Shown one piece after another: positions 1 to 10,720 of a stretch of DNA of 64,000 bases; position 1 is the first letter of the stretch, and the number at the start of each line of letters is the position of its first letter. Position numbers and translations under genes: made by a program. Origin of the DNA: an uncultured cyanobacterium (GTDB lineage Bacteria; Cyanobacteriota; Cyanobacteriia; Cyanobacteriales; Nostocaceae); the NCBI GenBank assembly GCA_963706595.1, contig OY970166.1, positions 4,064,001 through 4,128,000 on the forward strand, read 5' to 3'. The notes under the pieces were generated by a model. It was not told where the DNA came from and did no database searches. It saw only the letters and a list, made by a program, of their open reading frames with translations.

Positions 1-969
1 GAAATTTTGCCAAAGGTGAGGTTCAAAATTTAGATCATGTCCGTTGAATTGCTGATTAAACCCAGAACCCCTTTAGCCAAAGCTACACTTTATTTCCTTT
101 ACCCGCCTGCAAAGAGGGGTTGGGGAGCTAGTAAGTTGCAGCACTTTCTCAAAGTCATAGGTGGGATGCAATGATTGTGGTCATCGTAGACTAATTATCC
201 GGGCTTAATATTACACTTCATAAGTACGGAAAAGATGTCTAGTGTTGTGTGATGGTAAATAGTCACCCTACACCATTTTGAGTGCCAGATACCATAATTT
301 ATAGCGAGATACAAGAAGTATAGTACAGACCAACAAAATAGATTTTTTAGCTAAATGGTAGAACCGTAAATAGTTTGCTTACTAATTTTTAGATTACTAT
401 AATTTTTGCAGAAAATAACAAAATTTTTATGAATATCATAAGGAATAAGTAAAGGAAACGTGAATAAAATTAGTAGCTATTTTCTCGACTTTTTTCCGGA
501 AACTCTACTTTGACAATAGATACCGTGCTTACACGTATTGCTAAATAAACCAATAATTATGAAATTATATGATAGCGATAACACCTAGAACCACAGTAAT
601 TATAGTAAGTATTAGATTATATATGGTAGTTTTAAATGGGGGATAAAATTATTGGTTAATCTTGTTGGTGTTCTTATACCAAACTTAGATGAGGCAAGCG
701 CTGATCTAAGTTTTTGTGAATTTCTTAGACAGTTGATCTATAAAATTACACTGTATGGAAACTAAGCTGGTGGGGGTTGATAAATAGGTTTCCAGTTCTA
801 AAACTTGTGCTAATTGCGGAACCGAAACAGAAACACTTGCACTTAATGAGCGCTTGATAACTGGCGATCGCGCCTAAATTCCTTTCTGACTCGGCTGTTG
901 GTTAAAATTAACAAAGTGGCAAGCTCTCCGTGCTTTACTGCCAGCAAGAGGAATTAATTTAGAACAATT

Positions 970-1899
970 GTGACCGCATTTAATTTACAAGTTGAAGAAA
1001 CAGGCGATCGCCTTGACCGCTATCTTTCCGAAAATTTACCTGATTTATCTCGTTCTCGCATCCAGCAATTGATTGAACAGGGAAATGTTCACCTCAATGA
1101 GCAAATCTGCACAACTAAAAAAATTAATGTCAAAGCAGGCGATCGCATTACCTTAGAAATCCCAGAAGTTCAACCCCTACAAGTGCAAGCCCAAGATATC
1201 CCCCTCGATATCCTCTATGAAGACGACCACTTACTGATTCTCAACAAACCTGCTGGCTTAGTCGTCCATCCCGCACCCGGTCATCCTGATGGGACTTTGG
1301 TCAATGCTTTGTTAGCACATTGTCCCAACCTCCCCGGAATTGGCGGTGTCCAGCGTCCAGGGATTGTGCATCGATTGGATAAGGATACAACAGGGGCGAT
1401 CGCGATCGCTAAAACCGATATTGCCTATCACAGCCTCCAAGCCCAACTCCAAGCAAAAACTGCCAGACGAGAATATTTAGGCGTAGTTTACGGTGCGCCG
1501 AAAACCGAAAATGGCATGATTGACGAACCCATTGGTCGTCATCCCCAAGATAGAAAAAAAATGGCAGTAGTCCCTATAGAAAAAGGCGGACGTAATGCGG
1601 TAACTCATTGGCAAATCTTAGAAAGACTAGGAAACCAGACATTAGTCCTCTTTCAATTAGAAACAGGACGCACCCATCAAATTCGTGTCCACAGCGCTAA
1701 AATCGGTCATCCCATCGTTGGCGACCCCATTTATAGTTCGGCTCATTCCGTGGGGGTCAAATTAAATGGTCAAGCACTGCACGCATGGCGATTAAAATTG
1801 CAACATCCAATTTCCGAGAATTTGATTGAGGTGACAGCTCCCCCTCCCCAAACATTTACAACTTTGCTAGAAATTCTCCGCCGACGAGTTGCTAGTTAA
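970..1899 (+). CDS. rluD: RluA-family 23S rRNA pseudouridine synthase with N-terminal S4 domain
   Basis: S4-like N-terminus (RLDRYLSE...SRSRIQQLI), NKPAGLVVHP, catalytic HRLDKDTTG and LETGRTHQIRVH motifs. Confidence 0.93.
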   Translation: MTAFNLQVEETGDRLDRYLSENLPDLSRSRIQQLIEQGNVHLNEQICTTKKINVKAGDRITLEIPEVQPLQVQAQDIPLDILYEDDHLLILNKPAGLVVHPAPGHPDGTLVNALLAHCPNLPGIGGVQRPGIVHRLDKDTTGAIAIAKTDIAYHSLQAQLQAKTARREYLGVVYGAPKTENGMIDEPIGRHPQDRKKMAVVPIEKGGRNAVTHWQILERLGNQTLVLFQLETGRTHQIRVHSAKIGHPIVGDPIYSSAHSVGVKLNGQALHAWRLKLQHPISENLIEVTAPPPQTFTTLLEILRRRVAS

Positions 1900-2334
1900 A
1901 GTTCTCAAAATATCATTCTGAAGGTAGATGCTTCAATTACGAACGTTGCATACGGATTAAGCAAGAAGGGGTAGAGGACAAACAGAAATAGGTGGGACTT
2001 GACTCCTCCCTATTCTCCTATATTTAGATTTGTAAAGTTTTTTGGGCTTTTTTGCTGTAAAAAGATCAGTTGATCACCATTTTAAGTAACAGGTCAACAG
2101 ACTATCTTAACATCTTTTAATAAAAACTGCACTGGCTAAAAATACTCATAAAAACTGCCATGTCCTGTATTTTCAATACTTCTAGAAAAATTAATAAAAT
2201 CTAAAACTCTGGAATTTTCCGGCGATTTGTAACAGACATGAAGTAATGTAAAGCAATTTTGGGCGATTTCTCAGGCAAAGTCCTTATATGTAAAGCATTT
2301 GAGGTGGTTCTTATTCGGTCATCTTATTTATTCA

Positions 2335-2390
2335 TAATTTGTAACAAATAAAGGATCTATGGCATTGTATAAACATAAGCTGAAGGGGTT
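2335..2390 (+). promoter_or_regulatory. Probable cpcB promoter region
   Basis: TGTAACAAATAAAGGATCTATGGCATTGTATAAACATAAGCTG about 210-260 nt upstream of cpcB; resembles Nostocales cpc promoters from memory; TATAAA is a -10 candidate. Confidence 0.4.
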
Positions 2391-2599
2391 AAATGACAGA
2401 CAGAAGTCAAACAAGGCATCCATTTAATCAAGTTTGCCCATTTCTCATAAATTACCCCAGGTTCTCATAATTGCTCGTTCATTTGGTGACAGGGAATTAT
2501 GAGACTAAGGTGAGAAGCGGTTTGATCCCCAGTCTGTTTTTAACCATAAACATTGCTAGTTTTAATCTAGACATCTCACAAATTAGGAGATTAAAGTCC

Positions 2600-3121
2600 A
2601 TGACATTAGATGTATTCACCAAGGTAGTTTCTCAAGCTGACTCCAGAGGCGAGTTTTTAAGCAACGAGCAATTAGACGCTTTAACCAACGTTGTTAAAGA
2701 AGGCAACAAGCGCTTAGATGTTGTTAACCGCATCACCAGCAATCAATCAGCTATTGTTACCAACGCGGCTCGTTCTTTGTTTGAAGAACAACCCCAATTG
2801 ATTGCTCCTGGTGGAAACGCTTACACAAACCGTCGTATGGCTGCTTGTTTGCGCGACATGGAAATCATCTTGCGTTACGTTACCTACGCTATCTTGGCTG
2901 GTGATGCTAGTGTTCTAGATGATCGCTGCTTAAACGGCTTGCGCGAAACCTACCAAGCTCTAGGAACTCCTGGATCTTCTGTAGCTGTCGGCGTTCAAAA
3001 AATGAAAGACGCTGCTGTTGGCCTAGCTAACGATCCTAACGGCATCACCAAGGGTGATTGCAGCAATTTGATGTCTGAAGTAGCTAGCTACTTTGATCGT
3101 GCTGCTGCTGCTGTTGCTTAA
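2600..3121 (+). CDS. cpcB: C-phycocyanin beta subunit
   Basis: [19 protein letters not shown]...[10 protein letters not shown]...GDCS; AGGAG RBS precedes ATG 2600, so the ORF-track start at 2471 is too long. Confidence 0.98.
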   Translation: MTLDVFTKVVSQADSRGEFLSNEQLDALTNVVKEGNKRLDVVNRITSNQSAIVTNAARSLFEEQPQLIAPGGNAYTNRRMAACLRDMEIILRYVTYAILAGDASVLDDRCLNGLRETYQALGTPGSSVAVGVQKMKDAAVGLANDPNGITKGDCSNLMSEVASYFDRAAAAVA

Positions 3122-3199
3122 TATCAATAACAAAGTCCAACACCTAAATATTTAGGTAATCAAACCAAAAATTTACGAAATACCAAGGAGATTTTAGAA

Positions 3200-3691
3200 A
3201 TGGTTAAAACACCAATTACCGAAGCGATCGCATCTGCTGATACCCAAGGACGTTTTTTAGGCAACACCGAACTGCAAGCAGTTAACGGTCGTTATGTACG
3301 TGCTATTGCCAGCATGGAAGCTGCTCGTGCTTTGACCTCCAACGCTCAAAAGTTGATTGATGGTGCAACCCAAGCGGTTTACCAAAAATTCCCATACACC
3401 ACCCAAACACCAGGCCCTCAGTTTGCTGCTGACAGCCGTGGTAAGTCCAAGTGCGCTCGTGACGTTGGTCACTACCTACGCATCGTTACCTACAGCTTAG
3501 TTGCTGGTGGTACAGGTCCTTTGGATGAGTTCTTGATTGCTGGCTTGTCTGAAATCAACAGCTCCTTTGATTTGTCTCCTAGCTGGTACGTTGAAGCTAT
3601 CAAGTACATGAAAGCCAATCATGGTTTGAGTGGACAAGCTGCTAACGAAGCCAACACCTACTTTGACTACGCTATCAACGCTCTTAGCTAA
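3200..3691 (+). CDS. cpcA: C-phycocyanin alpha subunit
   Basis: [20 protein letters not shown]...[13 protein letters not shown]...YAINALS. Confidence 0.98.
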   Translation: MVKTPITEAIASADTQGRFLGNTELQAVNGRYVRAIASMEAARALTSNAQKLIDGATQAVYQKFPYTTQTPGPQFAADSRGKSKCARDVGHYLRIVTYSLVAGGTGPLDEFLIAGLSEINSSFDLSPSWYVEAIKYMKANHGLSGQAANEANTYFDYAINALS

Positions 3692-3699
3692 ATAGTATC

Positions 3700-3824
3700 T
3701 TGCCCGGATCAGGATGCAAGTGTTGGATGGAGTTAGTCAACCCTTTGGGGTTCACCAGTCGCTCGTTTTGTCAAACAAAAAGACCGTTCTGGCTCATCTA
3801 GCAGTTGAATCTCGCTCCGGGCAA
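3700..3824 (+). terminator. Long stem-loop (attenuator or mRNA stabiliser) between cpcA and cpcC
   Basis: Inverted repeat TTGCCCGGA (3700) / TCCGGGCAA (ends 3824) followed by a T-rich tract. Confidence 0.6.
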
Positions 3825-3913
3825 ACTTTTATTTAGCAGAGAAATAAAAAAGGTTTGAGTAAAGTCAGCACTCGGTACAAATAGCCGAAATGCAAATAAA
3901 TAGGTGAAAAATC

Positions 3914-4774
3914 ATGGCAATTACAACAGCAGCATCTAGGCTAGGAACAGAGCCTTTTAGCGATGCACGTCGAGTTGAACTGCGCCCCAACGCCAGCAAA
4001 GATGAAGCAGAGGTTGTAATCCGCGCTGCTTATCGGCAAATTTTGGGTAACGACTATTTGATGGCATCGGAACGTCTAGTCAGCGCCGAATCCCTCCTGC
4101 GAGATGGCAATTTATCAGTGCGGGAGTTTGTCCGCAGTATTGCGAAATCAGAACTTTACAAAAACAAGTTTTTTTACAACAGTTTTCAAACTCGGTTGAT
4201 TGAACTCAACTACAAGCATCTTTTGGGACGCGCACCCTACGATGAAGCGGAAGTTGTTTACCACTTAGATTTGTACCAGAACAAAGGGTACGACGCGGAA
4301 ATTGATTCTTATATTGATTCTCCAGAGTACCAAAATAACTTCGGTGACAATATCGTTCCATATTATCGTGGTTTTGATAACCAACCAGGGCAAAAAACTG
4401 TCGGCTTTACGCGGATGTTCCGGTTATACAGGGGTTATGCCAATAGCGATCGCACCCAAGTAGAAGGTACTAAATCCCGTTTAGCGCAGGATTTAGCAAG
4501 TAATAAATCTTCTTCCATTGTGGGACCATCAGGAAGCAATGATAACTGGAATTATCGTGCTTCATCAGATGTCGCGCCCAAGAAGAATTTAGGAAATGCT
4601 GTGGGTGTAGGCGATCGCGTGTACCGCATCGAAGTTACAGCAATCCGTGGTTCCGGCTATCCCAGTATCAGACGGAGTAGCACAGCATTTATCGTACCTT
4701 ACGAGCGACTTTCTGACAAGATCCAGCAAATTCATAAGCAGGGTGGCAAAATCGTCAGCATCACGTCAGCATAA
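3914..4774 (+). CDS. cpcC: Phycocyanin rod linker polypeptide
   Basis: [14 protein letters not shown] linker domain ([17 protein letters not shown]) and C-terminal CpcD-like domain. Confidence 0.96.
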   Translation: MAITTAASRLGTEPFSDARRVELRPNASKDEAEVVIRAAYRQILGNDYLMASERLVSAESLLRDGNLSVREFVRSIAKSELYKNKFFYNSFQTRLIELNYKHLLGRAPYDEAEVVYHLDLYQNKGYDAEIDSYIDSPEYQNNFGDNIVPYYRGFDNQPGQKTVGFTRMFRLYRGYANSDRTQVEGTKSRLAQDLASNKSSSIVGPSGSNDNWNYRASSDVAPKKNLGNAVGVGDRVYRIEVTAIRGSGYPSIRRSSTAFIVPYERLSDKIQQIHKQGGKIVSITSA

Positions 4775-4811
4775 GGTAGCGTTACTCAAACCATACAGGA
4801 GATAAGAAGTA

Positions 4812-5054
4812 ATGTTCGGTCAAACCACACTTGGGGCTGGTAGCGTTTCTTCATCTGCAAGCCGAATCTTTCGTTATGAAGTCGTAGGCTTGCGCCAAAA
4901 TGCAGAAACTGACAAAAATCAATTCGACATTCGTCGCAGTGGTAGTGTGTTCATCACAGTGCCATACAGTCGGATGAACGAAGAAATGCAACGCATTAAC
5001 CGCTTAGGTGGCAGAATCATCAATATTTCACCATTGAGCGCTGACGAGAACTAA
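4812..5054 (+). CDS. cpcD: Rod-capping linker
   Basis: MFGQTTLG...RRSGSVFITVPYSRMNEEMQRI. Confidence 0.96.
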   Translation: MFGQTTLGAGSVSSSASRIFRYEVVGLRQNAETDKNQFDIRRSGSVFITVPYSRMNEEMQRINRLGGRIINISPLSADEN

Positions 5055-5063
5055 TTTCTTGGC

Positions 5064-5894
5064 ATGAACGAACCCAGTGCGTCAGAATATTCAGCAGAAA
5101 ATGCGCCCCAGTTGACACCAGAGTTAGCACTCGCCAACCTGCAATCATCAGATTTAAGTCTCCGCTATTACGCAGCTTGGTGGCTGGGCAAAAATAAAGT
5201 GAGCCGCCCAGATGTTGTAGATGCCTTAATTGCAGCGTTAGAGGATGAAGCCGACAGAACAGAAATGGGAGGTTATCCACTGCGGCGCAATGCAGCCAGA
5301 GCATTGGGGAAATTAGGTGATGCCAAAGCTATACCAGGCTTAATTAAGAGCTTGGAATGCCATGATTTTTATGTGCGCGAAGCAGCAGCCCAGTCTTTGC
5401 AAAAGTTGCGAGACAAAACTGCCGCCCCAGCCCTCATAAAAATGTTAGATGGGGGTGTTGCCCAGGCCGTGCAAGTAATGGGTCGCCCTCATCTCACCCA
5501 GCCCTATGAAGCGGTAATAGAAGCCTTGGGAGCTATTGGTGCAACTGAGGCTATTTCTTTAATTGCACCGTTTTTAGAGCATGAAATCCCAGGGGTACAG
5601 TGTGCCGCCGCTAGAGCAATGTACCAGCTAACACAAGACCCTGTTTATGGGGATAGGTTAGTGAAAACTTTGTCCAGTAGTGACCTGAAATTGCGCCGCT
5701 TGGTTTTAACAGATTTGGGTGCAATTGGATACATGGCAGCAGCAGAGGCGATCGCGATCGCTCAGGTAGAAAATAGCTTCAAACTCATTGCCCTCAAAGG
5801 ATTACTAGAACATCAACTCACCCCAGAGTTAGATGTTTTGTCTGTTTCTGACAATGCTATCCAGGTGATGAATTTGATGGATTCACTTTTATAG
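5064..5894 (+). CDS. cpcE: Phycocyanobilin lyase alpha subunit (HEAT repeats)
   Basis: LRYYAAWWLG, GGYPLRRNAARALG; operon position. Confidence 0.95.
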   Translation: MNEPSASEYSAENAPQLTPELALANLQSSDLSLRYYAAWWLGKNKVSRPDVVDALIAALEDEADRTEMGGYPLRRNAARALGKLGDAKAIPGLIKSLECHDFYVREAAAQSLQKLRDKTAAPALIKMLDGGVAQAVQVMGRPHLTQPYEAVIEALGAIGATEAISLIAPFLEHEIPGVQCAAARAMYQLTQDPVYGDRLVKTLSSSDLKLRRLVLTDLGAIGYMAAAEAIAIAQVENSFKLIALKGLLEHQLTPELDVLSVSDNAIQVMNLMDSLL

Positions 5895-5975
5895 TCATTA
5901 GTCATTAGTTATTAGTCATTAGTTGAATGATGAGTAGCCAATGACTATTGATGATTAATTACCGACCGTTTACTA

Positions 5976-6572
5976 ATGACTGATGAATTAATTCGTGCCG
6001 TCGCCCAGGCAGATACACCAGCCAATATGGTAACGGCAGTCAAAAACTTGGCAGCAGCAAAAGATGTCGCCGCCATTCCCACATTAATTGCGGTGTTTGG
6101 CTATAACAACCCAACCGCAGCAACCGTGGCGGCGGCAGCATTGACCGAAATGGGAGAAATAGCAGTACCACAATTGCTATCTCAGATAGACGATTATAAC
6201 TATGGCGCACGGGCTTATTCGATTCGTACTTTAGCAGCGATCGCAGACCCCCGTGCTATAGACGTTTTAATCACAGCCGCAGCTACAGACTTTGCTCCCA
6301 GTGTCCGCCGCGCTGCTGCCAAGGGATTGGGAAATTTAAACTGGCATAAACTCGACTCTGCCGACAGAGAAACAGCGCTGAAAAAAGCATTGGAAACCCT
6401 GCTGTTTATTTCTCAAGACTCAGAATGGTCAATCCGTTATGCTGCTGTTGTCGGTTTACAAGCCTTGGCGAAAATACCTGATTTACAGCAACCCATTCAG
6501 ACGAGATTTGACCAGATGTTAGCCACTGATGACGAAAAAGCAATTCGCGCTCGTGTGCAGGTGGCTGTTTGA
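5976..6572 (+). CDS. cpcF: Phycocyanobilin lyase beta subunit
   Basis: GYNNP, YNYGARAY, DFAPSVRRAAAKGLG. Confidence 0.95.
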   Translation: MTDELIRAVAQADTPANMVTAVKNLAAAKDVAAIPTLIAVFGYNNPTAATVAAAALTEMGEIAVPQLLSQIDDYNYGARAYSIRTLAAIADPRAIDVLITAAATDFAPSVRRAAAKGLGNLNWHKLDSADRETALKKALETLLFISQDSEWSIRYAAVVGLQALAKIPDLQQPIQTRFDQMLATDDEKAIRARVQVAV

Positions 6573-6667
6573 ATCAGTGAACAGTTACCAGTTATCAGTT
6601 AGTAACTTTGAATTTCTGCGATCGCTGGTTTCTGACTTACATATCATAAAACAAGGAAAAAGTAAAT

Positions 6668-7507
6668 ATGTCAATACCATTACTGAATTATTCATATACC
6701 ACGCAAAATCAGCGTGTAGAAGGTTACGAAGTACCCAACGAAGACACGCCCACCATGTATCGGTTAGCTGCTGCTACCTCAGATACAGATATTGATGCCA
6801 TTATCTGGGCAGCATATCGGCAAATCTTTAGCGAACACTTAATCATTGCCAGTAATCGCCAAAAGTTTCTGGAATCTCAACTGCGAAATCGGGCAATTAA
6901 CGTCCGTGATTTTATCCGGGGATTGGGTAAATCGGAAGTTTACCGCACACAAGTAGCAGATATTAATACCAACTACCGCTTAGTTGACATCACCTTAAAG
7001 CGGTTTGTGGGACGCGCCGCCTACAACAAAGACGAAGAAATTTCTTGGTCTATTGTGATTGGGACAAAAGGATTACACGGTTTCATCGATACCTTGTTAG
7101 ATAGTGAAGAATATCTGCAAAACTTTGGTGATGACATCGTACCTTTTCAACGCCGTCGCTATAAAGACAGACCCTTTAACTTAGTTAATCCTCGCTACGG
7201 TTCATACTGGCGCGATCGCATGATGTTGGAATCTATCGGTGGTCGTACCTTCTACAATGCCCGCACCACAGGCTTTGCCAGTAAACAAGAGATTCGTCGA
7301 GTTATTCCCGCCAATTTCATGAGCATGGCCGGGCAAATTCTCGCCCCGGAATTGAACTACCAACGGACAGTAGCTACAGTCACCTCACAAATCAAAGATA
7401 TCAAGATTCCCGACAACTCCCGCGAAATTGGTACTCCCCAACCAACCATGAAACCTGTAGCTGTGGCTCTACCTTACCGTTACATCCCTGCAAATCCCAC
7501 AAATTAA
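6668..7507 (+). CDS. cpcG1: Rod-core linker CpcG1
   Basis: MSIPLLNY..TQNQRVEGYEV, linker domain, 279 aa, first cpcG in the cluster. Confidence 0.9.
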   Translation: MSIPLLNYSYTTQNQRVEGYEVPNEDTPTMYRLAAATSDTDIDAIIWAAYRQIFSEHLIIASNRQKFLESQLRNRAINVRDFIRGLGKSEVYRTQVADINTNYRLVDITLKRFVGRAAYNKDEEISWSIVIGTKGLHGFIDTLLDSEEYLQNFGDDIVPFQRRRYKDRPFNLVNPRYGSYWRDRMMLESIGGRTFYNARTTGFASKQEIRRVIPANFMSMAGQILAPELNYQRTVATVTSQIKDIKIPDNSREIGTPQPTMKPVAVALPYRYIPANPTN

Positions 7508-7527
7508 GACCTGAGCCATTACTTAAA

Positions 7528-7633
7528 TATAGCGGTATGCATTTGAATGAAGTACATCATAGTCCCCTCCTCGCTTGCGGGGAGGGGGTTGGGGGTGGGG
7601 TTCTTGTATCTCACTCAAACGATAACCGCTATA
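7528..7633. mobile_element. 106-bp MITE, copy 1
   Basis: Ends TATAGCGGT/ACCGCTATA; internal CCCCTCCTCGCTTGCGGGGAGGGG hairpin; similar copies at 54739-54844 and 56716-56821. Confidence 0.8.
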
Positions 7634-7674
7634 GTCAGACTCCAACAACTGATAACTGATAACTGATAACTGAA

Positions 7675-8418
7675 ATGACAATTCCTTTACTAGAATACAA
7701 ACCCAGTTCCCAAAATCAGCGCGTAGCTGGTTACGAAGTCCCGAACGAAGATACACCCAGGATTTACCGCATCGAAGACTGTGCTTTTGATAGTGAAGTC
7801 CAAGAATTAATTTGGGCAGCATATCGGCAAATTTTTAGCGAACACGAAATCCTCAAATTCTATCGGCAGACCAACTTAGAATCTCAGATCAAGAATCGAG
7901 CCATTACCGTGCGCGACCTCATCCGGGGTTTAGCTAAGTCTGAAGCCTTCCGGAATTTGGTAGTGCAAACCAACTCTAACTATCGGTTAGTAGACATTGC
8001 CCTCAAACGGATTTTAGGTCGTGCGTCTTACAACAAAGACGAAGAAATTGCTTGGTCAATCAAAATAGCCACCCTCGGCTGGAATGGTTTTGTTGACGCT
8101 TTAATCAACTCCCAAGAGTATCAAAGCAACTTTGGCGACAACATCGTTCCCTACCAACGACGACGCTACAAAGATAGACCCTTTAATTTAGTCACACCCC
8201 GCTACGGTAACTACTGGCGCGACAAGTTAGAAGATGCGCGCTATAAAGCAGGCGACATCAAGAACTTTATGGAACTAGCCAACTCCATCGAAATCAAGAT
8301 GCTGAAATTTACCCCAGTTAACCTAGCCAGCATTGAAATTCCCGACATGGCCAGGGATATCAACCCCCAAGGTATTCCCGTTTCCATAAATTCCAGCGCC
8401 AATTTCCCCGTGCGCTAA
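7675..8418 (+). CDS. cpcG2: Rod-core linker CpcG2
   Basis: MTIPLLEYKPSSQNQRV, linker domain, 247 aa. Confidence 0.88.
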   Translation: MTIPLLEYKPSSQNQRVAGYEVPNEDTPRIYRIEDCAFDSEVQELIWAAYRQIFSEHEILKFYRQTNLESQIKNRAITVRDLIRGLAKSEAFRNLVVQTNSNYRLVDIALKRILGRASYNKDEEIAWSIKIATLGWNGFVDALINSQEYQSNFGDNIVPYQRRRYKDRPFNLVTPRYGNYWRDKLEDARYKAGDIKNFMELANSIEIKMLKFTPVNLASIEIPDMARDINPQGIPVSINSSANFPVR

Positions 8419-8537
8419 ATTACTAACATAATGGGGGAGAATAAGTAAAGCATCAGTGAGGGTTTGAGGATTCAAACCTCCTTGAGTTTTCCGAGTCAGC
8501 TTTTTGTTCACATTGTTAATAAAGGGAAGAACGCAGT

Positions 8538-9305
8538 ATGTCTCTGCCATTACTTCAATACAAACCCAGCAGTCAAAATCACCGAGTCGCCAGCTTTGGT
8601 GTAGCTGACCTGAATGAAGATACACCATATATCTACCGCATTGAAGATGTCAGTTCTTACACTGATATCCAGAACATTATTTGGGCAGCTTATCGCCAAA
8701 TTTTCAGTGAACATGAAATCCTCAAGTTCAACCGCCAGAAGACTCTGGAATCTCAACTGAAAACTGGTTCCCTATCTGTGAGGGACTTCATCAGAGGTTT
8801 AACCAAGTCTGAAACCTACTATCGTTTAGTTGTCTCATCCAACAACAACTACCGTTTAGTAGACATCACCCTCAAGCGGGTATTAGGCCGTGCGTCTTAC
8901 AACAAAGACGAGCAAATTGCTTGGTCAATCGTTATTGCTACCAAAGGTTTTGGCGGCTTCGTTGATGCTTTAGTAGACAGCGAAGAGTACACCCAAAGCT
9001 TTGGCGATAATATCGTACCTTACCAACGCAAACGCATGGAAGGTCGTCCTCACAACTTGGTAACACCTCGTTACGGCGAAGACTTCCGCGAAAAAGTCGG
9101 TACAGTGGAAACCGATTGGCGCTTCACTTTGGAGAAGTTCTACACCCGCAAGTTCCAAGAAAAACGCCTCCCCGAAGGCGACCCTCGCAAATATGCGGAT
9201 ATGGCAGCATCTGTAGGTGGTAAAGGCAACTACGCGCAAAAGCTTTCTGCATTTGATATTGATTATCTTGATGCAGTTCCTTACCGTGGTGGTAGCAGAC
9301 GCTAG
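8538..9305 (+). CDS. cpcG4: Rod-core linker, CpcG4 type
   Basis: [17 protein letters not shown]; hydrophilic C-terminus without the membrane anchor of CpcL. Confidence 0.82.
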   Translation: MSLPLLQYKPSSQNHRVASFGVADLNEDTPYIYRIEDVSSYTDIQNIIWAAYRQIFSEHEILKFNRQKTLESQLKTGSLSVRDFIRGLTKSETYYRLVVSSNNNYRLVDITLKRVLGRASYNKDEQIAWSIVIATKGFGGFVDALVDSEEYTQSFGDNIVPYQRKRMEGRPHNLVTPRYGEDFREKVGTVETDWRFTLEKFYTRKFQEKRLPEGDPRKYADMAASVGGKGNYAQKLSAFDIDYLDAVPYRGGSRR

Positions 9306-9333
9306 GATTTAAAATCTAACTGTCTCAAATTTT

Positions 9334-9424
9334 ATACTGGGTCTAGTTTTTGTGTTGATGTGACGACGGGTTTGCAGTTTTTCTGTTAGCTAGGCGTTGC
9401 GTTAACTGGAAACTAGACCCAGTA
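9334..9424 (+). terminator. Inverted repeat closing the cpc operon
   Basis: TACTGGGTCTAGTTT ... AAACTAGACCCAGTA just downstream of cpcG4. Confidence 0.55.
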
Positions 9425-9460
9425 GCTTTTAATATGGGGAAGGTCTAAAGGAGTAGTCAA

Positions 9461-10715
9461 ATGCTAAAAGAACTTCATTTAAAGTCTGTTGGACCTGCTT
9501 CTCAATTTGATGTTGAATTTGCTGATAGACTCAACATTTTTACTGGGGATAATGGACTAGGTAAAAGTTTTTTACTTGAAGTTGCTTGGTGGGTACTCAC
9601 GGGAAATTGGGTAGACCAACCCGCTTATCCCCAAAGAAATATAGATGAATTACCAAAAATTATATCCAAAATTATTACTCTAGATGATGATCAAGGAATA
9701 AATTATTCAAGTAAATTTAATTTTAATAAACAGAAATGGCAAGATTTCCAATATGGTGTTCCCTTATTAAAAGGGGTAATTATTTTTGTTCGCGTTGATG
9801 GAAGTTTTTCTGTTTTTGACCCTGCTCGCAACGATGAAGATTCGTATAATTTTACCCCGGATACACTTTGGAATGGCTTAAAATCAAAAGGTAAAGTTGT
9901 TTGTAATGGTCTAATTCAAGATTGGGTAACATGGCAAAATCAACCACAAAAAACGCCATTTCAACTTTTATCCGATGTCATTAAACAACTTGCACCTCAT
10001 CCTGATGAATGGATAGAAATAGGAGAACCAACGCGAGTATCTGTAGAAGATGTGCGCGACATTCCCACAATTAATCTTCCTTACGGTAATATTCCCATTA
10101 CCCAAGCATCAGCAGGGATGAAGCGTATTCTGGGACTTGCCTATTTGTTGGTATGGGCTTGGTACGAACACGAAAAAGCTTCGGAACTCCGGAGACAAGA
10201 ACCAATGAATCAAATAGTTTTACTAATTGATGAAGTTGAATCTCACCTACATCCACGCTGGCAAAGAGTTATATTACCATCTATTTTATCTGTGCCTAAA
10301 TGAGTTCCAGTCAAATATGAAAGTACAAGTTTTAGCTACAACTCATTCGCCCTTGGTACTTGCTTCCTTAGAACCAATTTTTGATGAAGAACAAGACAAA
10401 TTATTTTTATTTGAACTGGAAAACGAAAAAGTTTCCTTGGATGAAATGTCATGGGTTAAACAAGGAGATACAGTTGGATGGTTAACATCAGAAATATTTG
10501 GACTCAAACAAGCTCGTTCTCAAGAAGCAGAAACAGCGATTGAAGCCGCAGAAGCATGGATGCGCTATGATGATATGAATAATTTTCCAGAACACTTAAG
10601 AAGCCAGCCACAAATTCATCAGGAATTGCAAAAACTTTTACCCGGACATGATCCTTTTTGGCCTCGTTGGATAGTAACAGCAGAAAAAAGAAATGCTGGC
10701 TCATCCGAGGTATAG
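9461..10715 (+). pseudogene. ABC/AAA_21-type ATPase (Septu PtuA-like) split by a +1 frameshift near 10295
   Basis: Walker A GDNGLGKS, signature-like ASAGMKR and Walker B LLIDEVESHLHP in ORF 9461-10303; H-loop ATTHSP in ORF 10227-10715; removing one C from GTGCCTAAAT joins the frames. Confidence 0.8.
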
Positions 10716-10720
10716 TAAAT

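Noticed and set aside
1..969. Long non-coding stretch considered as a riboswitch or sRNA
   Set aside because: No RNA motif I can recognise; compatible with divergent promoter and UTR sequence
2471..2599. 43-aa N-terminal extension of CpcB in the ORF track
   Set aside because: A strong RBS and the conserved start at 2600 make this 5' UTR
9306..9460. Inverted repeat considered as a retron msr-msd for the ATPase-HNH pair
   Set aside because: No reverse transcriptase in the window; the position fits the cpc operon terminator
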